Part shown: one piece after another, positions 28,934-39,631 of the stretch
Layout: every line of letters begins with the position of its first letter
Position numbering within the stretch: position 1 is the stretch's first letter
IMG/VR virus record: IMGVR_UViG_3300029288_000059
Location: 1-64,000 of that record
Length of the DNA: 64,000 nt
Reading direction: 5' to 3' (one strand)
Origin: a virus
Taxonomy: Duplodnaviria > Heunggongvirae > Uroviricota > Caudoviricetes
The notes under the pieces: generated by a model
Databases searched by the model: none
What the model saw: the letters and a program-made list of their open reading frames with translations, nothing else
Told to the model about the DNA's origin: nothing
Made by a program: the position numbers and the translations under genes

Positions 28934-30190
28934 TTGATGTTGAATCCCACTAATAAATTCGTATTGACTTCAGACCAAGTGAATGCATTAAAACAGCTAC
29001 ACTTATTCATGAATAGCAAAACTGCTAATATCTATATATTAGGTGGGTATGCAGGTACAGGAAAAACCACAGTACTTCGTTCATTAGTGAATGACTATGG
29101 GTACTCTTCCTTTTACTTCACAGCCCCAACAAATAAAGCCACTAATATATTACAACGTACTTTATGTGATAACAGGGCAAAATGTAGCACAATTTATTCC
29201 CTATTGAATATTAACATGGTACAGAAAGAAGACAAGTTAGCATTAAGCTATCCATCGGAAATAGCTGAAGTATATCGAACTATTGTTATAGATGAAGTAT
29301 CAATGTTAAGTTCTGTATTGATTCAATATCTATTACGTGTTGCCGAACATAACAAGATTAAGTTAATATTTATTGGTGATTCTGCCCAATTACCACCTAT
29401 TGGAGAACCATCATCCCCTATATTTAATATACAATCAGATTATCATTATACTTTAACAGAAGTTGTTCGATACAATGATGATATGTTAGAGATGGCAACT
29501 CACATAAGAGAATGTATATCGGAATCAAAAAAGATTGTAATTCCGTATACGGATTCGGAAAATATCAAAGTTAGAAAGTATGATGAATTTATAACTGATT
29601 TATTAAAATCTATTACTGATGGACAATTTACATCGGATAGTAAAGTTATAGCATGGCGTAATAAGACAGTTGATGAATATAACCAACTTATTAGAAAGAA
29701 CTTATTTAGCAATCCTAAGTGTAAGTTTGTAGTAGGTGAACGAATTGCAATGGCATCACCTGTCTTTAGAAATAAAGAAGTAATTGCTACTATTGATGAT
29801 GAATGTACTATTACAAAAGTTAGAATCGGACATGAAACCAAATTCAATATTAAAATTTATAGATTACACGTTAGGTTCGATAATGGAATGTCTTGTAAGT
29901 TAAATATTGTACATGAACTAGAACAATCTATATATGAACGCAGACTAAGTGGGTTAGCCCAAAAAGCCAAACAAAGTAATAACTGGAAAAGTTATTGGGA
30001 ATTAAAACAATACTTTCATACCGTACGTTACTCATATGCAATAACGGCACATCGTTCACAAGGGTCTACCTATAAACAGACATTCGTTGATGTAACAGAT
30101 ATATTATATAATTCAAACGTTAAAGAAGCGATGCATTGTTTGTATGTTGCCAATACACGTCAAACGGATAATTTAACAATCCGTATTTAA
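28934..30190 (+). CDS. dda: Dda-like SF1B DNA helicase
   Basis: GYAGTGKT, APTNKA, IDEVSM, GD.AQLPP, YAIT.H.SQGSTY. Confidence 0.9.
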   Translation: MMLNPTNKFVLTSDQVNALKQLHLFMNSKTANIYILGGYAGTGKTTVLRSLVNDYGYSSFYFTAPTNKATNILQRTLCDNRAKCSTIYSLLNINMVQKEDKLALSYPSEIAEVYRTIVIDEVSMLSSVLIQYLLRVAEHNKIKLIFIGDSAQLPPIGEPSSPIFNIQSDYHYTLTEVVRYNDDMLEMATHIRECISESKKIVIPYTDSENIKVRKYDEFITDLLKSITDGQFTSDSKVIAWRNKTVDEYNQLIRKNLFSNPKCKFVVGERIAMASPVFRNKEVIATIDDECTITKVRIGHETKFNIKIYRLHVRFDNGMSCKLNIVHELEQSIYERRLSGLAQKAKQSNNWKSYWELKQYFHTVRYSYAITAHRSQGSTYKQTFVDVTDILYNSNVKEAMHCLYVANTRQTDNLTIRI

Positions 30191-30198
30191 TATAAATA
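30191..30198 (+). promoter_or_regulatory. late promoter
   Basis: TATAAATA upstream of 30224. Confidence 0.65.
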
Positions 30199-30223
30199 CT
30201 TAACAATTTAGTTAGGTGATGAT

Positions 30224-31186
30224 ATGACAATTGATTATGTGAATGAAGTTATTATTAAACAAAGAGGTACTGAGTCATTCCCACATCCTAATATTATATT
30301 GAGTGATATAGTTAATCCTGTATTGAATACGAGTTATAGTAGTAATATTACATCTATTGGTGGGACTAGTCCATATACTTATAGTTTAAAAGATGGTAGT
30401 TTGCCTATTGGATTAACATTAAGTAGTAGTGGTGTGGTAAGTGGTACACCAACTGTAATTGGTGATTATACATTTACTATTACATCGACTGATAGTCATG
30501 GATATACGGGTACTAATAGTTATAGTATGAGTATTGTATATGTTACTAATACTGGTTTATTAACTCCTGCCAGTCGTTCTTCAACTGCAACATGGTATAA
30601 TGGTACTGGTGGACAAATACCAACGTTTATTGATGATATTATAACATTCCCTTACGCTAAACCTTATGTGAGTGAATCTGATAAGGGTATAACGGGTGCT
30701 AATTTAGCGTTCACGCCTTCGTCTAGTACTGGGTTTAATTTAACACCTCAAATGACAATAGAATGTTATGTTAAATGTTTAGATTCTCGTATTGGTAAAA
30801 TACTAAGTACTCGTAATAGAGTTAGTAATACGGAGTATGGTTTTGAATTATATCAAAATTATAACCAATTTGGATTTACTGATTGTAGGTATGGTGGAGT
30901 ATCATATAATATTACTAATTATATTAGTATATGGCATCATATAGCAATAACGATAGATACTACCGCTAGTTATATGAAACTGTGGTATGATGGAGTTTTA
31001 GTAAATACTAAGAGCAACTATACAGTAAATGGTCCTACCTATACAACATATAAAGTACTTGATGTAGGAGTACCAAAGCACGGAACTTATCCTTTAGAAC
31101 CATGGAGTGGTTCGATTAAAGGATTAGGTATATATAATACTGTTAAATATCTTCAACCATTTACGCCTGGAGTAACAGGTGGATAA
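30224..31186 (+). CDS. virion accessory protein: Ig-like plus LamG/concanavalin-like domain
   Basis: GG.SPYTYS...G.LP.GL.L; TIEC.V...WHHIA......WYDG. Confidence 0.78.
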   Translation: MTIDYVNEVIIKQRGTESFPHPNIILSDIVNPVLNTSYSSNITSIGGTSPYTYSLKDGSLPIGLTLSSSGVVSGTPTVIGDYTFTITSTDSHGYTGTNSYSMSIVYVTNTGLLTPASRSSTATWYNGTGGQIPTFIDDIITFPYAKPYVSESDKGITGANLAFTPSSSTGFNLTPQMTIECYVKCLDSRIGKILSTRNRVSNTEYGFELYQNYNQFGFTDCRYGGVSYNITNYISIWHHIAITIDTTASYMKLWYDGVLVNTKSNYTVNGPTYTTYKVLDVGVPKHGTYPLEPWSGSIKGLGIYNTVKYLQPFTPGVTGG

Positions 31187-31202
31187 TTAAGGAACTTATA
31201 AT

Positions 31203-32660
31203 ATGACTATTGATTATGTACACGAAATTATTATTAAACAGCCAGGATTAGAGGTTTACCCACATCCTAGTAATTTACCTGGAACTATATTAGTACCAAC
31301 AAATTTAAATCGACCATTAGATAGTAACTATTCATTAGCTTCTGTATCAGTTACGGATGATAGTTCAAGTGGCACATTAACAATAACATCAACTAATGGA
31401 TTAATAGTTTGTACTTCATCTGAAGCTACGGTAACGGGTTCGGGTACTACAACTGTTGTAATTACAGGGACAATATCGTCTATCAATAGTACATTAGGAA
31501 CTGGATACATTACTCCTGTTTCAATTGGGAATGATGTAATATCATTTAGTTATACGGATAATGGTAGTTTAACATCAACTAATAGTTTCACTATCACGTT
31601 TGCTGATTATACAACGATATTGGATTCTGATGCATACGTAACGGATTTAGTATATCTCCCAGCTTTTAATATTTGGGTTCTTTCCTATTGGACATATATT
31701 AGTACCGTATATACTGCTTACTTAGTAACATTAATTCCAAGTGAAGATAATTCATATGTAACTCCTGGAACACCAATTAGTTTGGGTACTTACGTGGGTG
31801 CATCATTATATGTAACTACAAATGGTAATATGATTGCAAGAGCACATACTGTTGGTGGGTATAATGATTACCTTATTTTATATACCGTGGTTAATAGTGC
31901 CTTAGTATCTAAAGCTACTTCCACGTTACGAGCAATATCGGGCGGACAAGCCTCTACTGGTAGCTCTGCTGCTTGGATACCTAGTAGTGTTCAAAGTACA
32001 TTAGTGGCTGCATTTGTAACATCGTCTAATAGTCATAGTTATTGTGTTTATAATATAAATGATGTAAGTTGGACGATTTCAACGGGGCTAGTGAAAAGTA
32101 TTACAACTACAACTTATAATAGAAAACCAAGTGTTTCATATGATTCTATACAAGGTAAGTTACTATTCTCGATATCTAATACAACAGGGAATAATATCCT
32201 TTACACTGGTACAGTATTAGCTACGACTTGTACATTAACTCAAACTCCATCAGTAACAATACCACCTTGTTTTCAAATTGAGTTTGACCCGAATGTTGGT
32301 AAATTTTATTATATGACAACTTCAAATCAAGGATATATAGTCACTATAAGTGGTAGTGACGCGGTAGTAGGTAATTATAATACTACTTCACGCATTGTTA
32401 ATTCACAAGCAACAATAAGATACAATACAGTATATTCAAAGATTGAAATAGGTTATACATTAACTAATGGGTTTGCTGTTTGTAAAGTTGATTTATCGGG
32501 TACTACTCCATTGTATTTAGATGAACAAACAGTTATATTGGAAAGTAGTACCACTTATGCAACAGTACTATCGGTTACAAGTAATGGAATATTAGTAGCG
32601 TATAATCCATCTGTTGCGGTTGCTGGTGGACATATAAAATCTAAAATATTAAGTATATAA
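31203..32660 (+). CDS. virion accessory protein sharing its N-terminal anchor with the upstream gene; beta-rich C-terminus
   Basis: MTIDYV.E.IIKQ.G.E..PHP.N shared N-terminus. Confidence 0.7.
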   Translation: MTIDYVHEIIIKQPGLEVYPHPSNLPGTILVPTNLNRPLDSNYSLASVSVTDDSSSGTLTITSTNGLIVCTSSEATVTGSGTTTVVITGTISSINSTLGTGYITPVSIGNDVISFSYTDNGSLTSTNSFTITFADYTTILDSDAYVTDLVYLPAFNIWVLSYWTYISTVYTAYLVTLIPSEDNSYVTPGTPISLGTYVGASLYVTTNGNMIARAHTVGGYNDYLILYTVVNSALVSKATSTLRAISGGQASTGSSAAWIPSSVQSTLVAAFVTSSNSHSYCVYNINDVSWTISTGLVKSITTTTYNRKPSVSYDSIQGKLLFSISNTTGNNILYTGTVLATTCTLTQTPSVTIPPCFQIEFDPNVGKFYYMTTSNQGYIVTISGSDAVVGNYNTTSRIVNSQATIRYNTVYSKIEIGYTLTNGFAVCKVDLSGTTPLYLDEQTVILESSTTYATVLSVTSNGILVAYNPSVAVAGGHIKSKILSI

Positions 32661-32671
32661 TATTGTGAATT

Positions 32672-32699
32672 AAATAGGTGAGATAATACTCACCTATTT
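32672..32699. terminator. bidirectional terminator between convergent genes
   Basis: AAATAGGTGAG-ATAATA-CTCACCTATTT. Confidence 0.7.
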
Positions 32700-32939
32700 C
32701 TTCATAGCACGATTGCGTTCAGTTATAAGATAATTATAGGCCTTAATAATATTAAGCCTATCTTCGGACGACATATTCCATACTTCATCCCACGAGACAA
32801 TGCCATCTAATATAACAACCATTTTAGCGATTTCTTCTCTCATGTCTTCTGACTGTTTTTCTAATTCCATAATATACTGTTGAATTTCCTCATCAGTATA
32901 CGTCAGAAGTTTTATACGAAAAAAGATGATGGGTCCCAC
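32694..32939 (-). CDS. baseplate/tail chaperone C-terminal module, probably expressed by -1 frameshift
   Basis: -1 frame overlap with the upstream gene; S.DE.WN.S..DR..II motif; weak GTG start. Confidence 0.6.
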   Translation of the reverse strand: MGPIIFFRIKLLTYTDEEIQQYIMELEKQSEDMREEIAKMVVILDGIVSWDEVWNMSSEDRLNIIKAYNYLITERNRAMKK

Positions 32940-33754
32940 TTCATATCATTAATATCCCATTTGTGTTTGCATTCTACACATTCACAAACAGCATCTTTAA
33001 CGATTCCAATAGTTGCCATTTTACTAATCATACCATGTAGTTTATCCATAGTAGCTTTATCTAAGTCTAAGATGAACTCCTTGATATGTTCTTTATCTAT
33101 AACAATATCTTCTTCCGGAGTTACAATCTTTTCAATACTGGATAATATAGTTGTTAATTTGATATCCTGTAACGTTTCAAATACTTCTTCAAATTGTTTA
33201 TATTTGTCATCACTTGATGTAACGACATCCTCGTTTATATGTTTTAGTAATCTTTGTTGAAGAAATGTTTTTGTATTGTTATCCATATCTTCTTTAAATG
33301 AACGAGGTTGACAATAAATTTGTACACCATCATCGGTCTCCACAATATAATCATCCGTGAAATATTTAGTTTGGTCTAATATTGCCCGTATACTAAACGT
33401 CTGTTGTTGTTCTTTCTTACATTCAGGACAATTAACTTTAACAATAAATTCATCACCACGGGAGGCAAATTTAATAGCTAATAACAAGGCTTCTACGTCA
33501 TTGGCTTTTAATTGAGAGGGATCAACAATCTCAGGTACACATGAATGTATAATATCAATAATTGCCTGTCCTGATATCAATGCGTCAGGACTATTGAGTT
33601 CTAATTCGTCTTGTGTAGTCATAGCCTTAACATAGATTGCATTATCAATCGTATGGGAACTTAAAAAATCTTCTTTATACCAACGATTCATGGTAGGTAA
33701 TTTGATTGATATTTTGTTCTGTCTGAAATGTTTTTTTAGTGGGTTTTCACTCAT
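32912..33754 (-). CDS. T4 gp26/gp51-like baseplate hub assembly protein
   Basis: MSENPL..HFRQ.K..I.LP, MT..DEL....PDAL..G, CPEC and C..C pairs, C-terminal FF. Confidence 0.75.
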   Translation of the reverse strand: MSENPLKKHFRQNKISIKLPTMNRWYKEDFLSSHTIDNAIYVKAMTTQDELELNSPDALISGQAIIDIIHSCVPEIVDPSQLKANDVEALLLAIKFASRGDEFIVKVNCPECKKEQQQTFSIRAILDQTKYFTDDYIVETDDGVQIYCQPRSFKEDMDNNTKTFLQQRLLKHINEDVVTSSDDKYKQFEEVFETLQDIKLTTILSSIEKIVTPEEDIVIDKEHIKEFILDLDKATMDKLHGMISKMATIGIVKDAVCECVECKHKWDINDMKWDPSSFFV

Positions 33755-33784
33755 CTTAATACCTCTTTAAATTCCGTATCTTCT

Positions 33785-33800
33785 TATATTTATAAATATA
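33785..33800. promoter_or_regulatory. palindromic bidirectional late promoter TATATTTATAAATATA
   Basis: Contains TATAAATA on both strands between divergent late genes. Confidence 0.75.
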
Positions 33801-33818
33801 GAAAACGGGAGTTTTACT

Positions 33819-35996
33819 ATGACAGAAACATATGATGCACTAAAGACATATTCGGCTCAAATTGATGTCAAAGGACATTGGTTGACGGAGGAAACGTTTA
33901 AAGAATTCATGTCATTAGTTGATAAGGATAGTACTACTAAGAATAAGAAGAATAATTCATTTGTGGATAGATTTATTAACTCAAATGAAAAATCAAGTGC
34001 TAAAAATAATATAAGTATGAATCAATTATTGGATAAGATGAATAAATCCACTATTGAGATGATTTCAAAGATGCAAAGTATTATGGCTCATGCCTTAAAT
34101 GAAATCAATGACACTATGAATAGTGAGTTATCTAAAAGTGTTAAAGCTAGTAATTATAGTGCGATTATGTCGAATTTTCATAAAGCTATAGAGGCTAGTA
34201 AAGCTGATTTTGGTAAAAAAGAAAACTTAAAAGAGAATGTAGCAGTACAACAACTAGCACAAGTATTCCCTCAATACATGGACAAGATTAATAATTTATA
34301 TAAAGGATTTACTGAGAGTTTTAGTGATATGTCTAATCTTATGAGTAAGATTGATAATCAAAAATATAATAATGATGCACCACGTAATGATTTCTCATCT
34401 ATTGGTGGTGTATTTAAAACAATGGTTATTAATCCAATTATTGATAGCATAAATGTTTTAAATAATTTACGTGATAAAGGTTTGGGGTTTGGTATTACAT
34501 TAGAAAAGACACGATCATTAAATGCTGACCAATTTAGTACAAGTATTACTGAGTTTACTAACTTAACAAAGAATAATGCCGAAACTATAATACGTATGGG
34601 TAGTGGTGGATTAGAACTATTCGGCAATATATTAAAAGAAACTCGTATAAAAGTACAAGGACAATTTTATGGTTTGGGTATGAGTATAGACCAACTCAAT
34701 GAGTACACATCTGATTATTTAGATATTCAAAAGTTACAAGGGAATTTATCGTCTAAGTCTATAAATGACCAAACTACTAGCGCATCTAAATATATTAAAC
34801 AATTAGACCAATTATCACAAGTAACTGGTAAATCAAGGGAACAAATATCAAAAGAATTAAAGGATATTGTTAGTTCCGCCGATGTAACAACGGCAATAAG
34901 GTTATTACCTGAAAACATACAACGTCAAGCATCTGACCAATTTGGTGGGTTTGCAACTATGTTAGGGACGGTTTCTAAAACAGGTGAACAAGTATTTAAA
35001 GAATTATTCACTGCTAATGGATTATTTACACATGATTTATCTCAAAAGTTATTAGCGATTGACCCTGCATTAGCAAAAGTAATTCAACATACGGCACTAA
35101 TGGCTAGGGATGGCAAACTAACACACGAAGAACAAGTTAATGCAATGAATGAGATGAGAAGTATTATTTCCAAATCTCCTAATGCTGCCGCAAACTTAGC
35201 CTTATTGGGTGATGGCGTGGGGTCAGCAGCACAAGTCGTTATGGAATTTAGAGCTAATATGTTGAAATGGAGTGAGACACAATTAGTTGCATCTGAACGT
35301 CAAAATAAAGCAGCGGAAGATGCACAAGCAGCCTCTAATGCTATAACAGCATTAGGACATACATTTCAAAATGCAGTATCGACGTTTGTACTTAAATTGG
35401 GTGGTGGTAATTTAGAAAAGGGTATAGCAGTAGTTAATAGTGCAATTACAGATTTATCTACCCATCTAAATAAGGAGTTAGTTGCTGATATTGATAGTTT
35501 CTTTAAAGCGGTTAGTAATATAGTTAAATCCATTAATTGGTTAGCTGAAAAAATATCGAACCCATTTGGTTCTAGTAAGAAAGAACAACCTAAAATATTA
35601 ACATCACAAGAAAAAACTAAAATGGGTGACGAGGCAATGAAGAAGTTCGATGCTATGTTTGAAAATAGTATTGAAAAAAAACCAACAAACGTATTATCGG
35701 ATTTTGAACAATTTCGAATGGATAACATTGAGAAAACAAAAGCTGAATCATTTGATTTTTCAAAACTCAAACAGTGGAGTAATTCATTTATTGATAGTGT
35801 TAAACCTATGCCGAAATTAGAAACAACTAAAGTTAATAATGGACCAGTAGAACGTAAATTAGATGTTAATGTAAAGACTGATAATACTGATGTTGTTGAT
35901 TCATTATCACAAACTAATAGTCTATTACAAAAGATTGGTGATATGTTCTCATCTAAACATGATAGTGAAAAGTTTATTACTCCTACCTCTCACTAA
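33819..35996 (+). CDS. tape-measure-like protein
   Basis: Helical Ala/Ser/Gln-rich; LGMS..QLNE...Y...L...L..LS.VTGKSREQ motif. Confidence 0.62.
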   Translation: MTETYDALKTYSAQIDVKGHWLTEETFKEFMSLVDKDSTTKNKKNNSFVDRFINSNEKSSAKNNISMNQLLDKMNKSTIEMISKMQSIMAHALNEINDTMNSELSKSVKASNYSAIMSNFHKAIEASKADFGKKENLKENVAVQQLAQVFPQYMDKINNLYKGFTESFSDMSNLMSKIDNQKYNNDAPRNDFSSIGGVFKTMVINPIIDSINVLNNLRDKGLGFGITLEKTRSLNADQFSTSITEFTNLTKNNAETIIRMGSGGLELFGNILKETRIKVQGQFYGLGMSIDQLNEYTSDYLDIQKLQGNLSSKSINDQTTSASKYIKQLDQLSQVTGKSREQISKELKDIVSSADVTTAIRLLPENIQRQASDQFGGFATMLGTVSKTGEQVFKELFTANGLFTHDLSQKLLAIDPALAKVIQHTALMARDGKLTHEEQVNAMNEMRSIISKSPNAAANLALLGDGVGSAAQVVMEFRANMLKWSETQLVASERQNKAAEDAQAASNAITALGHTFQNAVSTFVLKLGGGNLEKGIAVVNSAITDLSTHLNKELVADIDSFFKAVSNIVKSINWLAEKISNPFGSSKKEQPKILTSQEKTKMGDEAMKKFDAMFENSIEKKPTNVLSDFEQFRMDNIEKTKAESFDFSKLKQWSNSFIDSVKPMPKLETTKVNNGPVERKLDVNVKTDNTDVVDSLSQTNSLLQKIGDMFSSKHDSEKFITPTSH

Positions 35997-36104
35997 TGTT
36001 AATTATAATCAACATTATCATTTATTGGGTTGTTTCAACTCAACATTTAATTACTACTATGATGATATTATAAATATAGTTATATTTTAATTATAGGTGG
36101 TTTA

Positions 36105-37841
36105 ATGGGTAGTTGGCAGCGACATATGAAATTAGAGGACACAACACCTAAGATGGGTGTTAAACCTAATAGTCACTCTAATGCCTTTTCCGGAGTATCG
36201 GGTTCATATTTGAGTAATGTTTATAGTGGTTCGCCCGGACGTATATCACGTTATGCACAATACGACCTAATGGAGTCAGACCCCGAAATTGCAACAGGAT
36301 TAGATATTATTGCCGATTTTTGTTCACAAAATTTAAAAGAAGATGATTTCGTACCTGTTAATTTAAGATTTAATTCTAGTAGTACTCGTATTGAAATTGA
36401 AACATTTGAATCTAAATTAACCGATTGGGTACATTTAAATGATATGGATGTACGGTCATTTTATTGGTTTAGAACACTGGCAAAATATGGTGACTTATTC
36501 TTCATTCGAGACCCTGAAACTTTTGAGTTATATGATGTAGACGTGTTTAATGTTGAAAATGCCATAGTTGACCCAAATAAAGGTAAAGAGATATTAGCAT
36601 ACTCTATTCGTAATGTTGATTTAAATGTAGCTAATAAAACCGCCGTTAGAATTGATGGTAGTCTGACTAATTATAATATGCCTGGTGTTGGTATGATTAA
36701 TGGTTGGAGTGGTACACAAAATAATACCAACTATGCAGCCAATATTGCTGATGCTAATGGTACTGCTGGTAATGTTGAAGCTACGACTACATTAGTTGAT
36801 GCCAAACACGTAATCCATATAGCATTAGGTTCAATTCATAGTTCACAGAGTTGGCCATTCGGAGAATCAATCCTTAATAATGTATTTAAAACATATAAAC
36901 AAAAAGAATTACTCGAAGATGCATTATTGATATATCGTATACAACGAGCCCCCGAACGTAGAGTATTCAAAATCTTTACAGGGCAGATGAATGCACAAAA
37001 AGCATCCGCTGTATTAGAACGTGTTAAGAATGAACAATATCAACAAAGATTACCCGTATCGGGTAATAACGGACAACCATTTACTATGATGGATGCATCA
37101 TATAATCCTATGTCTATACAGGAAGATTTTTACTTTTCAATGGATGAAGATGGACATGGTTCTACTGTTGAAACTTTACCGGGTGGTAATAATTTAGATA
37201 GTATTGATGATTTAAAGAACTGGAATAATAAACTAATAAGGGCTATGAAAATACCAGTATCATATCTACCAACTGGACCTGGGGATGGTTCGCAATCCTT
37301 TACTGATGGCAAACCTGGACAAGTATTAGTACAAGAATTGAGATTCAACAAGTATTGTCAACGTATTCAACGTGTAGTTGGTAAACAATTAGATATTGAA
37401 TTCAAAGTATATCTTAAACAGAAAAATTATCAATTCGATGCTGATATATTTGATGTAGTATTTAATGCCCCAATGAACTTTGCAGAATATACAATGAATG
37501 AATTATTAAGTTCTAAGATTAATAACTTCACTCAATTAGAAAATATACCATATATTTCAAAACGTTTTGCATTACAAGAGTTCTTAAAATTAACACCCGC
37601 ACAAATTAAAGAAAATGAACGCATGGTATTAGAAGAGAATGCGGATAAGAGTAAGAAGACAACACATGGTGTAAGTGGTGGATTTGATGATGGTATGGGT
37701 ATGTCGTCCGTTGGTATAACCCCTGATGATTTACAAGGTGATGAGTTTGATGGAGAACAAGATACTGGTGATACAAGTATGGGTATAGATACTCCCGAAG
37801 AGCCTGAACCAAGCGAAGAACCAACAGAAGGTGAATTATAA
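36105..37841 (+). CDS. portal vertex protein (T4 gp20-like)
   Basis: Y..ME.DPEI...LD, LLEDALLIYRI.RAPERRVF.I, EDF....G..V.TLPGG; TATAAATA at 36069. Confidence 0.93.
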   Translation: MGSWQRHMKLEDTTPKMGVKPNSHSNAFSGVSGSYLSNVYSGSPGRISRYAQYDLMESDPEIATGLDIIADFCSQNLKEDDFVPVNLRFNSSSTRIEIETFESKLTDWVHLNDMDVRSFYWFRTLAKYGDLFFIRDPETFELYDVDVFNVENAIVDPNKGKEILAYSIRNVDLNVANKTAVRIDGSLTNYNMPGVGMINGWSGTQNNTNYAANIADANGTAGNVEATTTLVDAKHVIHIALGSIHSSQSWPFGESILNNVFKTYKQKELLEDALLIYRIQRAPERRVFKIFTGQMNAQKASAVLERVKNEQYQQRLPVSGNNGQPFTMMDASYNPMSIQEDFYFSMDEDGHGSTVETLPGGNNLDSIDDLKNWNNKLIRAMKIPVSYLPTGPGDGSQSFTDGKPGQVLVQELRFNKYCQRIQRVVGKQLDIEFKVYLKQKNYQFDADIFDVVFNAPMNFAEYTMNELLSSKINNFTQLENIPYISKRFALQEFLKLTPAQIKENERMVLEENADKSKKTTHGVSGGFDDGMGMSSVGITPDDLQGDEFDGEQDTGDTSMGIDTPEEPEPSEEPTEGEL

Positions 37842-38062
37842 TGAAAGAACGTTATAGTGACGCGGATGATGCTAATTCTTTATATGTACCCGAAGATGGT
37901 AATAAAGAATATGAATTAACGGATACACGCAAACCATTATTCACTTTAAAACATTTGAATAAATTAAGACGTATGCGTGATATTAAACGTAAGAATTATT
38001 ATAAAGATATGGAAGTTATCCAAGCCGTTTATGGTAAAGAGGATAATGAGGAAGAATTATGA
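37841..38062 (+). CDS. small conserved protein downstream of portal
   Basis: DTRKP..TLKHLNKLR.MR motif; coupled to portal. Confidence 0.7.
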   Translation: MKERYSDADDANSLYVPEDGNKEYELTDTRKPLFTLKHLNKLRRMRDIKRKNYYKDMEVIQAVYGKEDNEEEL

Positions 38063-38256
38063 GTAATGATGAACAATATGTCTTAATGGGTAAATTAGAA
38101 CAATTACAAGACCGTTTGTATAAGTGTTATGCTACACCTAATACAAGACGTTTTGTCCCTGTTATACAAGCCGAAATTGAAAATATTAAAGCTAAATTGG
38201 ACGATACGAAAATACCTACTAACGATAATCCAGTTTTAATTGATACATCAAAATAA
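38059..38256 (+). CDS. hypothetical protein
   Basis: ATGA-coupled ORF. Confidence 0.6.
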   Translation: MSNDEQYVLMGKLEQLQDRLYKCYATPNTRRFVPVIQAEIENIKAKLDDTKIPTNDNPVLIDTSK

Positions 38257-38394
38257 ATAAGTATTGACTTTATATTATACATAAGTTATAAATAAAGTAA
38301 TATTTTTATAAGAATCACATAAAAGGGTATTGACGATACTCGTGAATCGTATTATGTATGTTTGTAGTTGTACAAGTATATAGGAATATAAAGC

Positions 38395-39582
38395 ATGATT
38401 ATTAACAAGGATAACGTTGCATCATTTATAGGTCAAACCATTACAGAACCTGTTGAGATTGATGGTTCAAGTTGGAACTTAGAACTTGATAAGAACGAAG
38501 TTAAAATCTTTAAATCTTTATCTGAAAAAGAATTAGAAAATAATAAACTCGTCCCAGTATCCAAATATAATGAAGATAAGGGTTTAGGATTATCTAAAGA
38601 AGTATTATCTAAATATGATAGATTTGATGTAGTTGAAGAATTGGTTATTTTTTCTAAAATGTCTAAAGAAGAAGTAGCTAACTATGGTAAGATTTTCCTT
38701 CGTGGTATTAACTTTAAAAATAAAGTTAAATTTATTAATATGTCTGCTGAAAATCGTAAAGTGGTTGTTGTCGAAGATTGTTCATTCAAAAGTATGAACT
38801 GGACAAAAGATAACGTATTTTGGTTGACATTACGTGGTAATGTCACAACAAATAAGTTTAATATGCAACAAGAAACAATTCTTAAACTAGATAGTTGTAA
38901 ATTTACTTGTCCAACTCTAAACTTAATTCAATTGTGTCATCTTTATTTAGAAAATAGTACAATTGATTGTAAAGAATTTAAGATGAATGATTCAAGTGTA
39001 AGTCATCCAATGTTGACTTATATGACGATGATTGATTCAATGATTAATTGTGAGACTGATATTAACTTCTCACAAGTTAGGTTCGTTAATGAAGTATGGC
39101 CAATGTTAAACGCTCCTGCCGTACTGTTACATAAATCATGTATGCATAAAGATTGGAAAATTTCAATCCGTTCTGATTTTAAAGTACCCGTTATTAAGGG
39201 GTCTACTATATCAATCCAATTTGAAGACGGCGTTAAGTTTGACAAATTGTCACTTACAGATTCTGTTTGTGTCGTTAATGACAATGTTAATATTGACACA
39301 GTTGACTTAAATGATTGTTATTTTGCAAGTGATGACCATTATGTATTGAATTGTGATGAATTCTTAACTGATGATGTATTATTTGTTGATTTACATCTTG
39401 CCCAATTTACAAAGGAATCAGTTAAAGATAAACACGTTATCAACGGCAGACGTGTAGATGTGTTCAAAACTAACTGTACAATGGCAACTGAATTAGATAG
39501 CATTACTATTAATGCTACCGAGTCATTGTTTATTAATACATCATCCCGTATCAGTGAAGATGGACATATTTTGGTTTCCTAA
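38395..39582 (+). CDS. hypothetical protein, beta-solenoid-like
   Basis: ORF with AGGA RBS, upstream TTGAC promoters and downstream terminator. Confidence 0.7.
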   Translation: MIINKDNVASFIGQTITEPVEIDGSSWNLELDKNEVKIFKSLSEKELENNKLVPVSKYNEDKGLGLSKEVLSKYDRFDVVEELVIFSKMSKEEVANYGKIFLRGINFKNKVKFINMSAENRKVVVVEDCSFKSMNWTKDNVFWLTLRGNVTTNKFNMQQETILKLDSCKFTCPTLNLIQLCHLYLENSTIDCKEFKMNDSSVSHPMLTYMTMIDSMINCETDINFSQVRFVNEVWPMLNAPAVLLHKSCMHKDWKISIRSDFKVPVIKGSTISIQFEDGVKFDKLSLTDSVCVVNDNVNIDTVDLNDCYFASDDHYVLNCDEFLTDDVLFVDLHLAQFTKESVKDKHVINGRRVDVFKTNCTMATELDSITINATESLFINTSSRISEDGHILVS

Positions 39583-39587
39583 TATAA

Positions 39588-39613
39588 TAAGGGTTGGATA
39601 ATACCAACCCTTT
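39588..39613 (+). terminator. intrinsic terminator
   Basis: AAAGGGTTGG-ATAATA-CCAACCCTTT. Confidence 0.7.
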
Positions 39614-39631
39614 AATTTTAAGGTTTATATT

